Part shown: piece by piece, positions 30,701 to 38,706 of the stretch
How the letters are laid out: each line of letters starts with the position of its first letter
How positions within the stretch are numbered: the stretch's first letter is position 1
Assembly (NCBI GenBank): GCA_965230545.1
Contig: CBDDLE010000003.1
Location: 153,369-217,368 of the forward strand
DNA length: 64,000 bases
From: Hyphomicrobiales bacterium
GTDB taxonomy: Bacteria > Pseudomonadota > Alphaproteobacteria > Rhizobiales > HXMU1428-3
Reading direction: 5' to 3'
Translations under genes and position numbers: made by a program
The notes under the pieces: model-generated
What the model was told of the DNA's origin: nothing
Databases searched by the model: none
The model's input: only the letters and a program-made list of their open reading frames with translations

Positions 30701-30814
30701 TATGATTTAGCTTTAGTTATTTCTGGTGGGATGATTGCGGGAACGGTTTTAACGCTTGGTGTGGTGCCTGTGCTTTATAGTTTATTTTTCTGGCAGACGA
30801 AGTCTGACGCGTAA
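27755..30814 (+). CDS. RND family efflux transporter permease (AcrB/HAE1-like)
   Basis: The 1019-aa product has 12 TM segments and two large periplasmic loops. The conserved TM4 region is LGLLVDNGIVIAE. Confidence 0.9.
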   Translation: MRNLTAFALNNRTLVLLFVVLVLFAGPFSFTSHPSREDPEITIRTALITAQFEGMSPTRIENLITRKIEEKLREIPEVEHIISTVQNGVTIIRANVYERYSDMDPIWQDLRNKMEDVKGDLPSGTQGPFVNDDYGEVAMATIALTAEGFSLAEMRTKAKFLRNQLYRVGGVRKVSLFGVEPERIFVEVDNIRLAQYGVRASDITDAISRQNIVLPGGIIQANGDSFYVEPTGNFENLEQLENLQIKIPDKTGQVAYLKDIAKITRGFADPPKSPAFFNGKKAIVLSVSMIDQFDSFKFAEDLKAKTAELEQGLPIGYQFNYITFQPNEIEVAVSGVMNNLYQTIAIVLIVVMVFLGWRTGLLVGAMVPLVMLLSILVMRVIGIELERMSLATLIIALGLLVDNGIVIAEDISRRLAEGEERLKAVIASGREMSMPLLSSSLTTVFAFMPLMLADSTAGEYTRSISLVIAIALLGSWVMAMTAMPLFCYWFLKPGKLIDDSHYETQPFYRIYRTILDKILSFRFAFLGLVLLTLFGGISLFAYVPKVFFPASERTQLQILVDAPVGSNSYLTLSAVKPLQNWLLDKSKNPEIVNHIAYVAGGGPRFYLGLDPNDSDPFRAFLVVNVKEPSDILPLLEKVRVFANHSMPEVRVTPKPMSMGPGEAGLVEYRVVGPDAKILKSLSERIMAGIRNIPGSRNIKDDWENPTVKIIVDIDQARARRAGVTSEQVANALNASLAGTTVSGYREGDQTIPVILREKGLARHNIDRLRTLNIGVENGNPIPLLQIATFRGQPEYSLMQRRDLERTITISAVNKNMTAAELDTALTPLLSKIEAELQPGYEIEKGGELESSAKAQGSLFAYMPLAFALIILVLVAQFDSFKRPLIILLTIPLVITGISVTLFVAPNANFSFMAILGLLALAGIVINNAIVLIDRIEKEREEGALVRDAILSASVTRLKPILMTTATTVLGLLPIILARDVLFYDLALVISGGMIAGTVLTLGVVPVLYSLFFWQTKSDA

Positions 30815-30830
30815 TTTCATACTCATAATA

Positions 30831-30877
30831 CGGCCAGCTTCTTGACAATTTTAGAAGCTGGCCGTTCTTTTTTTTAC
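30831..30877 (+). terminator. rho-independent terminator of RND operon
   Basis: The hairpin is CGGCCAGCTTC...GAAGCTGGCCG, followed by a T9 run. Confidence 0.8.
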
Positions 30878-31051
30878 TAATCCATTTCACTGCCTCATTT
30901 TTTTCACAGTGCCGGTTTATGTAGCTTTCCAAGCTACGTAAGCGAACTTCACTTCAACGGTTTGTGATTCTTATTCACATCTCCTACAGTCCTGATCATT
31001 TTGATGATTTCAGCTTCTGTATAGGGAAGGTTTTTCTCACTGTAGTTTACC

Positions 31052-31127
31052 AAGGATATAGCTTAGTTAGGTAGAGCATCAGGTTATTACCCTGACGGTT
31101 GGAGGTTCGAGTCCTTCTATCACACTG
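31052..31127 (+). pseudogene. tRNA-like pseudogene (degenerate acceptor stem, anticodon ATT)
   Basis: The D-arm TAGCTTAGTTAGGTAGAGCA and the T-arm GGAGGTTCGAGTCCTTC are canonical. The anticodon stem-loop is TCAGG-TTATTAC-CCTGA. Only 4 of 7 acceptor pairs can form, and there is no CCA end. Confidence 0.5.
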
Positions 31128-31518
31128 CGTCTGTAAAACGCATCAGCCTTTTAAGCTGACTTTAATACTATTCTTGGTTCGGAAACGGGCTTGTGATTTT
31201 GAGGGTTCTTTTTTAAAGAGCTTGCTCTTTTTAAGGGGGCTTGATTGATCACCTTAAATGATATGCCGCAGTTTCATGATGACGATAACGCGCTGAGGCC
31301 TAAGCTTTTCTTTTGCTTTGCTTTTGAAGAGCTTGCACCTTGGATGCTTTGATTGTCCGCTCTGAAAATGCCGTTTGAGTTTTTGCCGCTCGTTTTCGGA
31401 TCTTTATTTTTAATTGAACAAAATAGCGCTTAAGCGCGACAGATATGAAATCTAATGATTTTTATCTGCTGAAATTTTTAACACTAAACTGAACGCGGTT
31501 AAATTTATGGACCTTTAA

Positions 31519-31540
31519 GGTTGCCCACGAGCAACCGGCC
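31519..31540. repeat. REP-like palindrome GGTTGCCCACGAGCAACCGGCC (dispersed copy of the unit at 5953-6246)
   Basis: The palindrome core is the same as in the tandem array. It lies in the intergenic region upstream of the SPFH gene. Confidence 0.8.
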
Positions 31541-31570
31541 GAAAGCATCCGAATTAATGAGGGTAAAGTT

Positions 31571-32431
31571 ATGGGACTTATTGATTGGATTTTTGGAATG
31601 AAACGGTTTCTTGTTCATGAAAATGAGCGGGTTATCACTCTTTATAAAGGCAAGGTAAAACGTATCCTTGGGCCAGGGGAGTATGCGCTTCCTAACCGGC
31701 GCAACCGTTTGACCATAGCGCGCTATGATATCGTTACGGAGCCGTTTTTTGCTTCTAATCTCACCAGAGCGATTATGAGCAAAATTCCAGATCAAGCTAA
31801 GACACACTTAACAACCATTCAAACATCCACCACAGAAGTGGCAATGATTGAACGGGATGGACAACTTTACAGTGCGCTTGGCCCTGATGAGAAGGTTTAT
31901 GTTTGGAATGATTCTGGCCCGTGGTCTGTTTCCAAAATTGATGTCTCAAAAGACTTTTCTGTTTCTCCAACACTAATGAAACGGTCTGGTATTTCTCGGA
32001 TCGTGAATTACTTTTACGTGAAAGAAGTTTTGGATGGGCAAGTGGCGCTTGTTTATATTGATGGTGCGTATGACCGCAAGCTCGGGCCTGGCCTTCATGG
32101 GTTTTGGCGCATTGGTAAATCTGTTGTGTTTAAAATTATAGACACGCGGCGCCAGTCTCTTGATGTTGGCAGCCAAGAAGTTTTAACGAAAGACCGTGTA
32201 ACCATTCGTGTGAACATTGCGGCTGACTACAAGGTTGTTGACCCTTTATTGGCGACAACAAAGGTCAAAGACTTTGAAGATGCGCTTTATAGGTCTCTTC
32301 AATATGCGTTTCGCAAAACACTTGGGTCTTTAAGCCTTGACCAGATTTTGGAAAAGAAGGTCTCTATTGATGCGGATGCATCACAAAGGATCAAAACTGA
32401 AATGGCTGAAATGCCAAAAACAATTGCATAA
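31571..32431 (+). CDS. SPFH/Band-7 (stomatin/prohibitin-like) domain protein
   Basis: The C-terminal half (VALVYIDGAYDRKLGPGLHGFW...TKDRVTIRVNIAADYKVVDP...) is PHB-domain-like. The N-terminal half appears to be a diverged duplicate. Confidence 0.6.
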   Translation: MGLIDWIFGMKRFLVHENERVITLYKGKVKRILGPGEYALPNRRNRLTIARYDIVTEPFFASNLTRAIMSKIPDQAKTHLTTIQTSTTEVAMIERDGQLYSALGPDEKVYVWNDSGPWSVSKIDVSKDFSVSPTLMKRSGISRIVNYFYVKEVLDGQVALVYIDGAYDRKLGPGLHGFWRIGKSVVFKIIDTRRQSLDVGSQEVLTKDRVTIRVNIAADYKVVDPLLATTKVKDFEDALYRSLQYAFRKTLGSLSLDQILEKKVSIDADASQRIKTEMAEMPKTIA

Positions 32432-32715
32432 TAAATACAGCTAAAATGAATCACTTGCAGCAAAAACCCAGAAGTGATTGTGTGTTGCCATTCTTTTTTT
32501 GTTTTAGGCAGGGCTGGTTTAAAAATCAAATAGAGAACGTAAAAAGCAATGGAGGCAAAAAAGAAGCGCATGTTCAACAAAGTAAATGGCGCGGCGCTCT
32601 TTAACCCTAATTTTGCAAATGTAAAGCCGCCTGCCCATAAGAGAATAAAAATTAGGGGGGCAGCTTTTATAAAGAGGGTTGAAGTTGATTTGCTATCACC
32701 ATTTGGCAATGACAT
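32299..32715 (-). pseudogene. truncated EamA/DMT-family permease (single EamA domain only)
   Basis: The 138-aa product has 4 TM segments resembling the first EamA repeat. Its 3' end overlaps the SPFH gene by 133 nt, and no second EamA repeat follows. Confidence 0.45.
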
Positions 32716-32834
32716 TGGATTGATCGTTTCTTTGAAGCTTTGAGTTTTCAGATCGTTTTAGGTGATTAAGTTTACTTAATTATAGTGAGCGCGAGTGCTG
32801 AGATTTGTAAAGAAACAATAGTGGGTATGTCATT

Positions 32835-34892
32835 TTAAGAGTTAATACTGAGGCTCTCTTCGACAATGGCTGAGGGGAACCAGATGGAAAATGTTGTGCC
32901 TTCTCCAACTGTACTTTCAACATTAATCTCTCCGCCCATGCGGGTGATCAATGTTTGTGATATTGAAAGCCCAAGACCAGTGCCTTCACTTTGCTTAGTG
33001 GTAAAGAATGGATCAAAGGCACGTTTTAAAACATCTTCTGACATGCCTTTACCTGTATCAGAGATTTCAATGAGGACGCCACTTTTCCCACCCTCATTTT
33101 TATCTGCGCAATTCAAAGTAAGGGTTCCGCCATCTTCCATAGAGTGAATGGCATTCACAATAAGATTGATAAGCACTTGCTGAAACTCTGTTCTATTAAT
33201 TAAAACGGGGTTTACCGAATTTGAGTTTCTTTCTACTTTTATAAGCGTTTTATTTAGCAAGTGCTGAACCAAGAGTAAACAATCTGTCATGACGTCATCA
33301 ACCATATGCTGGTCGTGATAACCAGCGAATTCTTCTGGTCTTGCGAATTGCAAGAGTTTGCTCACAATAAGATTGATTGAATGAACTTGCTCATCTATGA
33401 GCCTGAACTCCGTGATGACTTGATTGGTTTCTTCTCCCAGCACTTCTCGAATGACATCCATATTGCCTTGAATAACAGCTACAGGATTATTTATTTCATG
33501 AGCAACGCCAGCTGTGATTTCACCGATTGCAGCTAGTTTTTCAGATATAACCAATTGTTTGGTGGTTGATTCTAATTGTTTGTTGGCTGCTTGTAACTCT
33601 GCAGTTCGCTCTTCAACACGCTTGTTAAGCTCTTCGGCCCAATTTCTTAATTGCTTATCTCTTTGTTGAAGTAGATCTAATAATTCGTCTAGGTGATTTG
33701 CCACTTTGCCAATTTCATCCCCACTTTTAACAGGGCCTGTCCTTGCACTCATATTACCATCTTCAACATCTAGAATGGTGGAGACCATGCGCTCTAGAGG
33801 TTTGAAGATACCACGGACCCAATAGAGGAAAATGGGAACAGAGATTAGTGTGACCACTAAGAAAATTGCAACCAGGATGAGGAGAGTTGTGTACTTTTCC
33901 GTTTGGAACGGTTTATCCAGAAAGCCAACATATAGCATTCCAACCCGCTTGCCGTTGCTATCTATAATCGGTTCATAGGCTGAGATATACCAATCATTTA
34001 CCACAAAGGCGCGGTCCAACCAGACTTTGCCTTTATCCAAAACTGTTTCGCGAACAATGGCGGATACTCTTGTGCCCAGCGCTCGTTTGTTTTCAAACAG
34101 GCGAACGTTTGTACTTACGCGCACATCATCCAAGAACAAAGTGGTTGTGCCTTGGCTGCCAAAGGGGAGACTTGCTTGTTGATAGACAAGGGCGTTGATT
34201 GTGTCGATGAAATCGAGGTTTCTATTGAGAAGGATGCCGCCGACTAAAGCCGCCTTTTCGCCATTTATGGTAACCGGTGTTGCGGTTTGCACCATCATGC
34301 CGCGCGTTTCAATTTTTCTATTTGTTGGAACTGCTGCTTTGGTTGGTATTATTTTAATGGTCGCTTGATTGGCAAGCTCAGGTGACAAAAAGGAAAGCTG
34401 CTTTGAATTATAAATATCAATGCTGGTTGCGGGTTCACCTTTTAATGCTTTTTGTATAACTGACCAAAGCTTTGGTAATGTTCGATTTTTTGTTCTAAAC
34501 GCGGATGAAATGATTTCTCCATTTTCTTTGACCAGATAGAGGAAATCAAATTCAAGTTTGTTGCGGCTTTTTTGCAAGAAAAAGGAGAGCTCTTTATCTA
34601 CATTGTTTTTAACAACATCTACAAATTTCGCAGAAGCTCCAACGGCTTGTATTTTCTCACCGCTATTTTCTAAAATTCGATTGAGATATTGGCGTGCGAT
34701 TGTCAAATCGCCATTTACTTTGGAGATTAGAAGATTATCAAACTGGCCGGACCAACGATAAATAGAAAAGCCCATTAGTAAGGGCGATACAAGCAGAATT
34801 GGAAGCAGTGCGACAAGAAGTAGGCGCAAGCGAACGGATTTATCGACATCCGGGATCGCAAGTTTGAACTTTTTTGGCGCTAAATTAAACAT
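32835..34892 (-). CDS. sensor histidine kinase with a large periplasmic (Cache-like) sensor domain
   Basis: The 685-aa product has two TM segments bracketing a periplasmic domain of about 290 aa. A coiled-coil follows, then a HisKA H-box (ITAGVAHEINNPVAVIQGNMD) and an HATPase_c domain (GTGLGLSI). Confidence 0.88.
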   Translation of the reverse strand: MFNLAPKKFKLAIPDVDKSVRLRLLLVALLPILLVSPLLMGFSIYRWSGQFDNLLISKVNGDLTIARQYLNRILENSGEKIQAVGASAKFVDVVKNNVDKELSFFLQKSRNKLEFDFLYLVKENGEIISSAFRTKNRTLPKLWSVIQKALKGEPATSIDIYNSKQLSFLSPELANQATIKIIPTKAAVPTNRKIETRGMMVQTATPVTINGEKAALVGGILLNRNLDFIDTINALVYQQASLPFGSQGTTTLFLDDVRVSTNVRLFENKRALGTRVSAIVRETVLDKGKVWLDRAFVVNDWYISAYEPIIDSNGKRVGMLYVGFLDKPFQTEKYTTLLILVAIFLVVTLISVPIFLYWVRGIFKPLERMVSTILDVEDGNMSARTGPVKSGDEIGKVANHLDELLDLLQQRDKQLRNWAEELNKRVEERTAELQAANKQLESTTKQLVISEKLAAIGEITAGVAHEINNPVAVIQGNMDVIREVLGEETNQVITEFRLIDEQVHSINLIVSKLLQFARPEEFAGYHDQHMVDDVMTDCLLLVQHLLNKTLIKVERNSNSVNPVLINRTEFQQVLINLIVNAIHSMEDGGTLTLNCADKNEGGKSGVLIEISDTGKGMSEDVLKRAFDPFFTTKQSEGTGLGLSISQTLITRMGGEINVESTVGEGTTFSIWFPSAIVEESLSINS

Positions 34893-34975
34893 TTTTAAAA
34901 TTTACACTTTGAGGGAAAACTCTCTCTCTTGCTTCCTTTCTTCTCATTTTTACTTTTTACTTATTTCCTTTTAAA

Positions 34976-36379
34976 TCAAACTTCCCATTGGGCACACTTA
35001 CGGTCAATTGTTTTTCTTGAAATTCCTAACCTTCTAGCGGCTTCAGCTCTGTTGCCATTGGAATCATCCAAGACTTTTAGGATATGTCGTTTTTCAACTT
35101 TATCCATTCGTTCCGAATTCAAATCTTCTTTGCTGGTGTTTTTCGTTTGGAATTGCGTTGGATAGGCGCCTAAGATAAGAGAACGCTCGATGAAATTACG
35201 TAACTCTCTTACATTGCCTGGCCATTCCATATTCCCCAGACCATCTAGCACTGTTTTCGTAAGTGGTAGAGTTTGCACGCCTAATTCCTTTGAGAACTTT
35301 TCGACAAACATTTCGGCTAATTCTTTAATATCCCCTCTTCTTTGTCTTAGGGGGGGCATAGCAATATGCATGATGTTGAGACGATAGAATAAATCAGAAC
35401 GGAAACGCCCTTCTTCGACCTCTAATGGTAAATCTGCGTTGGTTGCAAAAACAAACCTAACATTGACGGGTACTTCGCGCTCAGAGCCAACTGGTCTAAT
35501 TTTCTTATCTTCAATTGCACGCAATAATTTACTTTGCATGCTCATTGGTAATTCTGCAATTTCATCAAGGAATAACGTGCCGCCGCTTGCGTATGAGAAT
35601 AGCCCTTCTCTTCGGCTGGGAGAGTCGTTTGAAGATTCTTTTAATTGACCGAAAAATTCACTTTCAATCATATCCTCAGCGATGGCGGCACAATTAACGG
35701 GCACAAATGGTTGATCAGCCCTATCTGATAAGGAATGAAGAGTACGAGCAGCGATTTCCTTGCCTGAACCAGACTCACCGGTGATGAGCACTGAAGTGGG
35801 CATAGGAGCGACCCGTTCTAAGGTTTTTCTGATTTCAGTTATCGCTTTAGAAGACCCTAGCAGGCGATTATATTGACTATCCTCATTTGAGTTGGCTTCC
35901 AACTCATACCTCAATAGGAAATTCTCTCGGCGAAGACGAATACGATCTAGGCAGCGGGCGACAGCATTTAAAATTTGATTTGAGCGAAATGGTTTGAGGA
36001 CAAAATCTACGGCGCCAGCTTGAAGTGCACGAATGGCTGTTTCTAAATCTGCGTAAGCGGTTATTAAAATGGCATCAGCGAAGAAACCAACACTTCTTTG
36101 CTCAACCAACCATTCGACACCGCTTTGTCCTTTCATAATGTTATCAAGGATAACCACATCGAAATGGCCTTTATCAAGCGCTAAAGATGCTTCTTTTGTG
36201 TTTGAGGCCTCTACAACTTCTTTGCAGCGGGGCTTTAACATTTTGACTAGGAAATTACGAATGCCGGGCTCATCATCGACAATCAGAATGGAGGCTTGAG
36301 ATAACCAGGGGCCAAATTCAAGATTTTGGCCTTCTTTATAATTCGTTTTTATAGGCACTATTTTTTGCTGGTCGGGCAT
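34976..36379 (-). CDS. NtrC-family response regulator (REC, sigma-54-type AAA+ and Fis-type HTH domains), GAFTGA motif not conserved
   Basis: A REC domain is present (LIVDDEPGIRNFL...D). Walker A (GESGSGKE) and Walker B (GGTLFLDE) are present. The position of GAFTGA is occupied by ESSNDS. The C-terminal HTH is AEAARRLGISRKTIDRK. Confidence 0.85.
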   Translation of the reverse strand: MPDQQKIVPIKTNYKEGQNLEFGPWLSQASILIVDDEPGIRNFLVKMLKPRCKEVVEASNTKEASLALDKGHFDVVILDNIMKGQSGVEWLVEQRSVGFFADAILITAYADLETAIRALQAGAVDFVLKPFRSNQILNAVARCLDRIRLRRENFLLRYELEANSNEDSQYNRLLGSSKAITEIRKTLERVAPMPTSVLITGESGSGKEIAARTLHSLSDRADQPFVPVNCAAIAEDMIESEFFGQLKESSNDSPSRREGLFSYASGGTLFLDEIAELPMSMQSKLLRAIEDKKIRPVGSEREVPVNVRFVFATNADLPLEVEEGRFRSDLFYRLNIMHIAMPPLRQRRGDIKELAEMFVEKFSKELGVQTLPLTKTVLDGLGNMEWPGNVRELRNFIERSLILGAYPTQFQTKNTSKEDLNSERMDKVEKRHILKVLDDSNGNRAEAARRLGISRKTIDRKCAQWEV

Positions 36380-36636
36380 TCAAATTGCTCCCGTTTAATA
36401 GAATAACTCTAAACTCACTATGCTTAGCATTTATACTATTTGCAAGTCTCTAGAACTATTATTCTTAAAAAGTAATTTGAAGATTAAAGCATTAATCGGG
36501 GGAAAATTCATGAACATAAAATGTTGGTTGCTAAAATTTAACTTTCATAGCTCTAAATCATACAAAAATCGCTTTCTATTACATATTCTTTCATTGTAAT
36601 AAAAACGTATTTTACTTAACAATCGCGCAAAACCAA

Positions 36637-37947
36637 TTGATCAAAAAGGTTAAGAACTTGATACCATTACAGCTTTCAAGAATGCAGGCATATTTTTCTT
36701 ATGATGATGACCTCTTAAGACGCATCATGTTTTTAATTCTTCTTATGATGCCAAGTCTAATTATAATTGGGCGCTCTCCGCTTGATGTTGCTGCTACTGT
36801 TATCGCTGTATGTTTTCTTATTTACTCACTTTATTGGAAAGATTTTAACTGGTTAAAAAGTCAGTGGGTTATTGCAGCTTTGTGTTTCTGGCTCTTTACC
36901 GTTTTCAATAGTCTTCAGGCCTTTGATGTTAGCATTGCACTTAAAAGGTCGCTTCCCTACATTCGCTTCCCAATTTTCGCTATTGCAGTCTCTTACTGGA
37001 TTATCCGTAGAGAACAAGATTTGAAGCTCTTTGTTTATGCTTTTCTTGCAACGTTAGCTTTCTCAGTTGCAGACGGATTATTTGAGTATATTGTAGGAGT
37101 AGACTTTGCTGGGAACCCACGCATTCCTGGTCGGCTTTCTGGTCCTTTTGAGATCAGTACGTTGGGCACATTTCTCACAAAAATGGGCATTCCGATAATG
37201 TTAGCTTTTTTTGCTTTTGCCCCTATTAGAAATAAATTGAAATATACGGCTCTATCATTTTCTTTTATTATGGTTGTAACGATTTTAATGGCCGGGGAAA
37301 GAATGGCAATTTTGCTACTAGTTTTCTCCATGTTCATTGTGGCACTGATTAACAAACATCTACGAAAATATGTTCTTATCCTCTCAATTCTATTGGTTTC
37401 CGTTTATTCGTGTTTTGTTTATTTTGATACGGGATATATGCACCGAACAATTAATTCGACTGTGCAACAAATCCAAATGGACCCAAGCAAATCGAATAAT
37501 TATCTAGCTCAATTTGATGCTGCACTAGAGATTATTCGCGACCATCCCCTATTCGGAACTGGGGCAAATAATTATAGAATTGTTTGTACCATGCCTAAAT
37601 ATGACCCTCGGCCAAATGGGCAAAGAAGTCGTTGTCTCATTCATCCTCACCATGTATATCTCGAGCTTTTAGCCAATAATGGATTGATTGGCGGGCTCCT
37701 ATTCTCGCTTATTATATTTTATTGGTGTAAGTTATGGTGGCGTTATAAACTCGTTTTTTCGAAAGATTTCCTGTTATTTGGTAGTAGCTTAGGTGTCTTG
37801 CTTTTCTTATTTCCGTTTTCTGTCGGAATGAGCATCTTCAGTAATTTTAACGGCATTCTTTTTTGGTTAATGGTCGCTTTTATGCTGAGTAGCTTTCAGC
37901 AGAAAACAAATTTACCCTATTCTATAAACAATAATAATTTTAATTAG
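36637..37947 (+). CDS. O-antigen ligase (Wzy_C) family membrane protein
   Basis: The 436-aa product is polytopic. The Wzy_C signature is HPHHVYLELLANNGLIGG, with a periplasmic loop before it. Confidence 0.75.
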   Translation: MIKKVKNLIPLQLSRMQAYFSYDDDLLRRIMFLILLMMPSLIIIGRSPLDVAATVIAVCFLIYSLYWKDFNWLKSQWVIAALCFWLFTVFNSLQAFDVSIALKRSLPYIRFPIFAIAVSYWIIRREQDLKLFVYAFLATLAFSVADGLFEYIVGVDFAGNPRIPGRLSGPFEISTLGTFLTKMGIPIMLAFFAFAPIRNKLKYTALSFSFIMVVTILMAGERMAILLLVFSMFIVALINKHLRKYVLILSILLVSVYSCFVYFDTGYMHRTINSTVQQIQMDPSKSNNYLAQFDAALEIIRDHPLFGTGANNYRIVCTMPKYDPRPNGQRSRCLIHPHHVYLELLANNGLIGGLLFSLIIFYWCKLWWRYKLVFSKDFLLFGSSLGVLLFLFPFSVGMSIFSNFNGILFWLMVAFMLSSFQQKTNLPYSINNNNFN

Positions 37948-37950
37948 GTC

Positions 37951-38706
37951 TTGTCTGTTATGGAGAAATCTCTTGTTAGTGTGGTAATGCCCACATTCAA
38001 TAGTGTTGAATACATGAATGAGAGTATCTCTTCAGTTCTTAGTCAATCATATAGTAATATTGAGCTTATTATTATCGATGATTGTTCAACTGACGGAACA
38101 CAAGAAGCGCTAATTGAATGGCAATCTAAAGACGCGCGTATTCAGTTTTTTTCTCTTGATTCAAATTCAGGCGCAGCTATTGCCCGTAACAAGGCTATTG
38201 AAAAAGCTAGAGGGCGGTATATTGCTTTTTTAGATTCTGACGATTTTTGGAAAGAAGAGAAACTAAAGATACAAATTTCTCAGATGGAGAAGGAGAGAAT
38301 TTCTTTTTCTTACACGACTTACAGAGTGCGTAACGTGACATCTGGTGATGAAGCTACACGAGATGCTCCTAATTTTGTGGACTATCATGCGCTATTAAAA
38401 AATAATGTTATTGGTTGTTCTACAGTTATTCTTGATATTGAATTATTGGGAAAAAAATATTTTCCGCTCATTCGCAAACGACAAGATTTTGCTCTTTGGT
38501 TGTCTATTCTTAAAGAAGGAATTATTGCAAAAAAGGCTGGTGATGAACTCACCATCTATAATGTACGCTCTGATTCGCTTTCTTCTAATAAGATTAATTC
38601 TTCAATCTATACATGGCGAGTTTACAGAGAGGTCGAAAAACTCCCTCTTCCGAAAGCTATTTATTATTTTTTGAATTATGCATTTTTTGGCATACTCAAA
38701 AGCTAG
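37951..38706 (+). CDS. family 2 glycosyltransferase
   Basis: The N-terminus VSVVMPTFNSVEYMNESISSVLSQSY...IIIDDCSTDGT...LDSDD gives the GT-A fold with DxD. Confidence 0.88.
   Translation: MSVMEKSLVSVVMPTFNSVEYMNESISSVLSQSYSNIELIIIDDCSTDGTQEALIEWQSKDARIQFFSLDSNSGAAIARNKAIEKARGRYIAFLDSDDFWKEEKLKIQISQMEKERISFSYTTYRVRNVTSGDEATRDAPNFVDYHALLKNNVIGCSTVILDIELLGKKYFPLIRKRQDFALWLSILKEGIIAKKAGDELTIYNVRSDSLSSNKINSSIYTWRVYREVEKLPLPKAIYYFLNYAFFGILKS

Noticed and set aside
31052-31127. Functional tRNA
   Set aside because: The acceptor stem cannot pair (4 of 7), there is no CCA, and the anticodon is ATT. It is reported as a pseudo-tRNA instead.
36380-36636. Sigma-54 (-24/-12) promoter between the NtrC-like regulator and the Wzy_C gene
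   Set aside because: No GG-N10-GC element with TGGCAC/TTGCA-like flanks was found by eye. The nearest candidates (tgGTtgcT, tGCttaGCa) lack the GG/GC spacing.
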